From Caecitellus pseudoparvulus (Eukaryota; Protista; Bigyra: Bicosoecida), in assembly GCA_965644315.1 (NCBI GenBank), contig CBFFRQ010000018.1, positions 62,001 to 126,000 on the forward strand: DNA of 64,000 nucleotides, given 5' to 3'. Below are positions 59,749-64,000 of the stretch, piece after piece. A program made the position numbers and the translations under genes. The stretch's first letter is position 1; every line of letters begins with the position of its first letter. The notes below the pieces were generated by a model, which saw only the letters and a list, made by a program, of their open reading frames with translations, was not told the origin of the DNA and made no database searches.

Positions 59749-62700
59749 CTATCCGGTCCCGCTGTTGCCGTTGCCCCCTCGAGGCCCCTTGGCCGCTCCA
59801 CGCCACGCCGACGCGCCACTTTTGGAGGAAGTGAGCAGGGACCCCCGCGGTGACGACAGCTCTGACGTTTCCCCTGCAAACGGGGAGGCGGTCGGTCGAT
59901 CTGCAGTCACGTGCACTGCGTGTGGCGTCGTGTCCAGAACACCCGCCGGCGCCGCTGGGCGCATGCCCGTGCCATCCAGGTCCGTGTCCACTCGCTGTGG
60001 CTTGCCTTCCCCTCTCCACTCGCTCATGCTGGGGCTGTCCTGATCCCTCGTGCTCACTGGAGATTCTTGGCCCGACTCCTCCACGACGGGCACAGATGCA
60101 TACCTGTGGCGGCGGCCACTGTCGGGCCCGCCCGTCACGGATGCCATGCTGGGGGTGTCCAGCCCATCGCCCTCGCTTTCTTCCAGAACCTGCAGCTCGG
60201 CGAAGCTCGCTCCTGAGGAGTTCCTGAGGCGGACCAGCTCCACGACGCTCGGCTCGCCCCCCGCCCCAGGCCGTGGGGACAGGCCCTGCCCCTCCAAGCT
60301 GGGGGGGTACGTCGGCGGCACACCCGTGCCAAGGGAAGATGCACGCGCTGCCGGGATGCCGCCGAGGGAGGACAGGGAGTCACGCCTGCGCTTCCCGGGA
60401 CTCCGAGGTGACTCTGCTGCCTCCAGTGCCCCAGCAGCTCGAGTGCTCAGCCGCTCGTGGGTAGTGGGCGCCCCGTTCCCGCCGCCAGGCAGGGACACAC
60501 GAAGGTGCGGGTGGCCAGGCGTCGCAGCTGACGTTGACTGGGACATGGTGATGCTCCAGTCGATGCTGTCGTCAGCACCGCCTGGAGCTTGCACCGCCGG
60601 GCGTGGACTGCCGGCGGTGGGAGACAGCGACAGTGACTGCAAGATGGTGCTGTCCGCGGCACTGTGGCGGGCTGATGCTGCTGTGAGGGGGGTGGTGGGG
60701 CCTCCCAGCACGGGGGTTCCCTGCGGCGAACCCGCTTCAGTGCTGAACTGTGACGCTGAGCTGCCACCGCTGCTTGCGAGGGAGGCAGGGGACTGGGGCC
60801 TGTGTGCGGGACGTGGTGGGTCGCCGTTCACGCTGCCTCGCTCGGCCACTCGAGCACGCAGCCGGGTTCCTGCCGCTGCACGACGGGTGCCGCGCACCCT
60901 TCCGGGGCTGCCTGACCCCGTGCTGTCCCCCCCTGAACCATCCGTCCCGGCGCGTCGAGGAGGCTTGGCATGCAGCCGGATGGCTGTGAACACCCCCGGA
61001 GCCCCCTCCCTCGTCTCTGCGAAGGGCGCAGGCATGGGCTGCCCGCCGGGGGTGTGAAATGCCCGCAGCTCCCCATGGGTCCGCGCAATGGCAGGCGTCG
61101 CAGGCGCCACGCCACCGGGGTCGCCTGGCTCTCGAGCTGAGCCGCCTGATGCGCCACCAAGCCACTTGCCACTCCCTGGTCCGCCTCGTGCCGCCATAGG
61201 TGTCGCAGCCGCCACCGGCTTGGGCTCTTCGTCCCCCACATCGCTGACGTTCAGAGATGGGGGGACGTTCCCAGCTTGCGCAGACTGCGACCCTGCAGTG
61301 GGCGGTGTGGACACTCCTCTGGTGCCGGAGTGGACACTGTCCACTGACTCCTCGCCCTCCATCACATCGCGAGCCGTCAGGCCCAGTCCTCCGCTGGTGG
61401 ACTGCTCCACGTCTTCGGCTCCTCCCTGCGCGGTGGCCCACTGGGCCTGACCCGTCAGGGTCGTAGGATCGTCCTCCCCGCCCCGCGCTGCGCCGCTCAG
61501 GGAGCTGCTGGAGCCCAGGGATTCGTCCAGCGTGCTGGGCAGGGCAGCTGCGCCGCCCGTTCCTGTCGTGACATTCAACGCACCCGCGATGGAGGTGGCT
61601 GACAAGTCGCCGACGCCGGGCTCCCCGCTGCCCCGGATGCTGGACAGGCCAGCTGCAGGTACCACCGGGCTGCCTGCTCTCTCGCCCTCGAAGCTGTCGT
61701 TCTCATAGCCGCCGCCGGCCTCCTCCTCCTCAAAGGCATCCGACTCATACCCGCCGCTTGCACTGCCTGCACCATCACTGTCGGTGCGGTCTCTCACAGC
61801 GTCCGACGCGCCATTGGCGGACGCCTGGACGGCGCTGTCCGATTGAGACTGCTCATGGGCAGACACCCACTCATCCAGCCACGTCGTGTCCACAGGCGGC
61901 TCAGCAGTGGCTGCCTCCACCGCGCCCTCCGGGGAAGGCGGAGGCATGGCGGCGGAAGGCTGCGCCCCCTCCACCATGTCCAGGGCGCTGGCGTCTGCGG
62001 GGGGCATGGCAACTGTGCCGTACAGGTCAGACAGGCCTCCAGTAGCAGGTGCAGGCTGCTTCGGCGCGTCGGGCTGAGGCTGGCTGGAGGGCGGGAAGCC
62101 CGCCCCCCCCACTGGGAAGGAGCTGTCCAGAAAGCTGCTCCTCTCGTCAGCCTGGAAGGAGACCCGTGGCCCGGACACATCCACGCGTGCCCCGGGACCG
62201 TCCCAGTGCCGAGGCCGCACCACAGGTCGCCCGTTCATGGCCAAGCGCCACTGGTGCCCTGCGTCCCCCGCTGGGCTGGCTTCCCCGCTGGCGTACACGT
62301 CTGACAGCCCGAGCTCGCCTGGGGGCAGCCTGTCCCCAGACCGCACGCTGTGCATGGGGGTGGCGGCAGACAGCAGGCCTTCATCGCTGTGCAGCGCGTC
62401 GCCAGGCGACATGGGCTGCGTCAAGGCCACGTCATGCTGGTCTCCAGTGTCAACACTGCCCGCCCCTGTGGACTGAGACACGTTCACAGCTGCAATGTCC
62501 CGAGCTCGCTGTGCAGCGTGAGAAGGCTTGCCGCCTGGAGGGGGCACTTCCCCCCTCCAAATGGCCAGCAGGAGACTGCGGCGCAGAGCGCTGTCTTCAC
62601 TGGCGGTAGGAATGGAGCGTCGCTGTAGGTATGTGTGCAACACATCCTCCGGCAGGCGTTGGGAGGCCTCCCTCGGTACGCGAGGGGCCAGGGACGGGTC

Positions 62701-64000
62701 GTGGGCCTGTGTCCGCGTCGGCAACGCCTGAACCCCAGGCCATGCCCGTGCGACAGCATCAGGCAGCGGCAGAGGGGGGGCAGGCGGGGGGCCGTATCGG
62801 CTCACATCGTCGGCATCGCGCCGCCTGGCCTCACTCGGTGCAAGGCCAGCCCTGTCCACTGCCGCCTGCTGCGCAGCCAGCATGCGCTTGCGGGGGGCTT
62901 GCGCCGCCTCCCTCACCAGCTGCTCCACTGACTTGGCTGGCGGTGGTGGCTGCGAGGTGCTGGGGATGGGTGTGCCGGCAGCCACAGGCGCAGTCTTGGA
63001 CAGCGCCTCCTGTTGTCGCTCCGCTTGCAGCCGTGCCCGCGCCTTGGCCTGGGCTGCTGCGGCTGCGCGCCGCCTGCGCGCCGCTTGGGCCCTGCGCTGA
63101 TTCGGCGTCAACTCCCGTTCCTCCAGCTGCCGCATCTTGTCGCGGGTGGCGGCTTCCTTCAAGAGCTGCGCGCGCGTCGTGCGACCCATGCGGTTGGGCA
63201 GCAGTGCGCCAGGCGCAGTGGCTGGCAGAGGAACTGCTTTCTGTTGCACGCCACCCTGGTCCACAGACGCACGTGAGCCGCGCAGGCCCGCCTGCCCTGC
63301 CCGGCTGTGGTGGGCTGCTGGGTGGTGCACATACGTGTTGGACCAAGAGTCGTCTGCCTCTCGAGAGCCGGCCGCAGTGCGTTGGCGGTCCAGTGTGCTG
63401 GGGCCGACGCCCTCCTGCAGCACACGGGCTGAGCCCGATGGCGAGGAGGGCGGCATGACCCCCTTCAAGGCCGTGCTGTCCGTGTGCTTGAAGGTGACTG
63501 TGCCTGCCAGCTGCACCCTGTCTCCTGACACATGTGCCACTGGCACACGGGTGGCGCCGTGTGCGGTGGTCTGGGCGGCGTCCAGCACACTGCCAGTGGG
63601 CAGGGCGCCCCCACCCACCATGCGCTCCAGGGCGAGAAACGTGCCATCAGTGTCCTGCCCGCCGGCTTGGATGGCGCCTTGGTAGTTCCCACCGCTGCCC
63701 CAGCTCGCACTGGTGCCTGCCCACGCACGGCCGTCTGGGGTGGGGCCGAACCCGAAGCCTGACTTGGGCACATCGTCCAGAGGGAGGGGCCCCTTGTGTG
63801 ACATGTACGGCTGCCCTGCAGGTCCCAGGGGCAGAGACAGCAGCGGGTGCCCTGCCACGTATGCGGTGGGCTTGCTTGTCTTACCCCAGGCAGCCATGGG
63901 CCCCTCACCCTCCCCGTGCACACCTTGCGCCAGAGCGTCGTGGTCCAGGGCGCCGTCCACCGTCCGCGCCACATCCTCGTCCTGGGCAGCATGGCTCAAT
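59749..64000 (-). CDS. Large, mostly disordered Ser/Gly/Ala/Pro-rich hypothetical protein (>=1,416 aa, probably 5'-truncated)
   Basis: The ORF is open to the window edge. It has a short coiled-coil/basic segment and a small helical patch (LPEDVLHTYLQRRSIP..LRRSLLLAIW). No family was recognised. Confidence 0.7.
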   Translation of the reverse strand, partial: LSHAAQDEDVARTVDGALDHDALAQGVHGEGEGPMAAWGKTSKPTAYVAGHPLLSLPLGPAGQPYMSHKGPLPLDDVPKSGFGFGPTPDGRAWAGTSASWGSGGNYQGAIQAGGQDTDGTFLALERMVGGGALPTGSVLDAAQTTAHGATRVPVAHVSGDRVQLAGTVTFKHTDSTALKGVMPPSSPSGSARVLQEGVGPSTLDRQRTAAGSREADDSWSNTYVHHPAAHHSRAGQAGLRGSRASVDQGGVQQKAVPLPATAPGALLPNRMGRTTRAQLLKEAATRDKMRQLEERELTPNQRRAQAARRRRAAAAAQAKARARLQAERQQEALSKTAPVAAGTPIPSTSQPPPPAKSVEQLVREAAQAPRKRMLAAQQAAVDRAGLAPSEARRRDADDVSRYGPPPAPPLPLPDAVARAWPGVQALPTRTQAHDPSLAPRVPREASQRLPEDVLHTYLQRRSIPTASEDSALRRSLLLAIWRGEVPPPGGKPSHAAQRARDIAAVNVSQSTGAGSVDTGDQHDVALTQPMSPGDALHSDEGLLSAATPMHSVRSGDRLPPGELGLSDVYASGEASPAGDAGHQWRLAMNGRPVVRPRHWDGPGARVDVSGPRVSFQADERSSFLDSSFPVGGAGFPPSSQPQPDAPKQPAPATGGLSDLYGTVAMPPADASALDMVEGAQPSAAMPPPSPEGAVEAATAEPPVDTTWLDEWVSAHEQSQSDSAVQASANGASDAVRDRTDSDGAGSASGGYESDAFEEEEAGGGYENDSFEGERAGSPVVPAAGLSSIRGSGEPGVGDLSATSIAGALNVTTGTGGAAALPSTLDESLGSSSSLSGAARGGEDDPTTLTGQAQWATAQGGAEDVEQSTSGGLGLTARDVMEGEESVDSVHSGTRGVSTPPTAGSQSAQAGNVPPSLNVSDVGDEEPKPVAAATPMAARGGPGSGKWLGGASGGSAREPGDPGGVAPATPAIARTHGELRAFHTPGGQPMPAPFAETREGAPGVFTAIRLHAKPPRRAGTDGSGGDSTGSGSPGRVRGTRRAAAGTRLRARVAERGSVNGDPPRPAHRPQSPASLASSGGSSASQFSTEAGSPQGTPVLGGPTTPLTAASARHSAADSTILQSLSLSPTAGSPRPAVQAPGGADDSIDWSITMSQSTSAATPGHPHLRVSLPGGGNGAPTTHERLSTRAAGALEAAESPRSPGKRRRDSLSSLGGIPAARASSLGTGVPPTYPPSLEGQGLSPRPGAGGEPSVVELVRLRNSSGASFAELQVLEESEGDGLDTPSMASVTGGPDSGRRHRYASVPVVEESGQESPVSTRDQDSPSMSEWRGEGKPQRVDTDLDGTGMRPAAPAGVLDTTPHAVHVTADRPTASPFAGETSELSSPRGSLLTSSKSGASAWRGAAKGPRGGNGNSGTG

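Noticed and set aside
1-64000. tRNA, rRNA or snRNA genes; endogenous virophage/viral insertion; alternative genetic code
   Set aside because: No recognisable RNA-gene motifs, no AT-rich island or viral hallmark genes, and conserved proteins translate and terminate normally with the standard code.

Overview
This is gene-dense, GC-rich (about 65% by eye) eukaryotic nuclear DNA, not prokaryotic. About 20 protein-coding genes are packed with gaps of 6 to about 700 bp, and about 25 short GT-AG spliceosomal introns (mostly 63-86 nt) can be reconstructed. The flagellar gene GAS8/DRC4, protein-only RNase P and the compact architecture suggest a flagellated protist, plausibly a bicosoecid/Bigyra-type stramenopile (inference). 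Recognisable genes are: a >5,400-aa Tudor-repeat/PUB/EF-hand giant protein, HACD/PHS1, a rolling-stone/FAR-17a-like protein, a CIA30-domain protein, an Ig/Cys-rich multi-TM receptor, Nup85, a degenerate 5'-3' exonuclease, UBC7, PRORP, an ependymin-like secreted protein, ADAT3/TAD3, a UBE2Z-like E2, GAS8, two GT10 fucosyltransferase paralogs, an ankyrin protein, NAA35, RAD23, an OSCA/TMEM63 channel and a disordered protein. The best candidate for an undescribed system is the palindromic octamer AATGCATT. I found it five times, always at gene 3' ends: three times fused to the stop codon (TGAATGCATT) and four times shared between convergent genes. It looks like a lineage-specific, bidirectional polyadenylation/termination signal. 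Other notable observations are an ADAT3 lacking its Zn ligands, a Nup85 with a GLFG-like 'GLLG' repeat tail, a pseudo-nuclease, and mosaic homogenisation between the two fucosyltransferases. All family assignments come from motif recognition by eye, not database searches.
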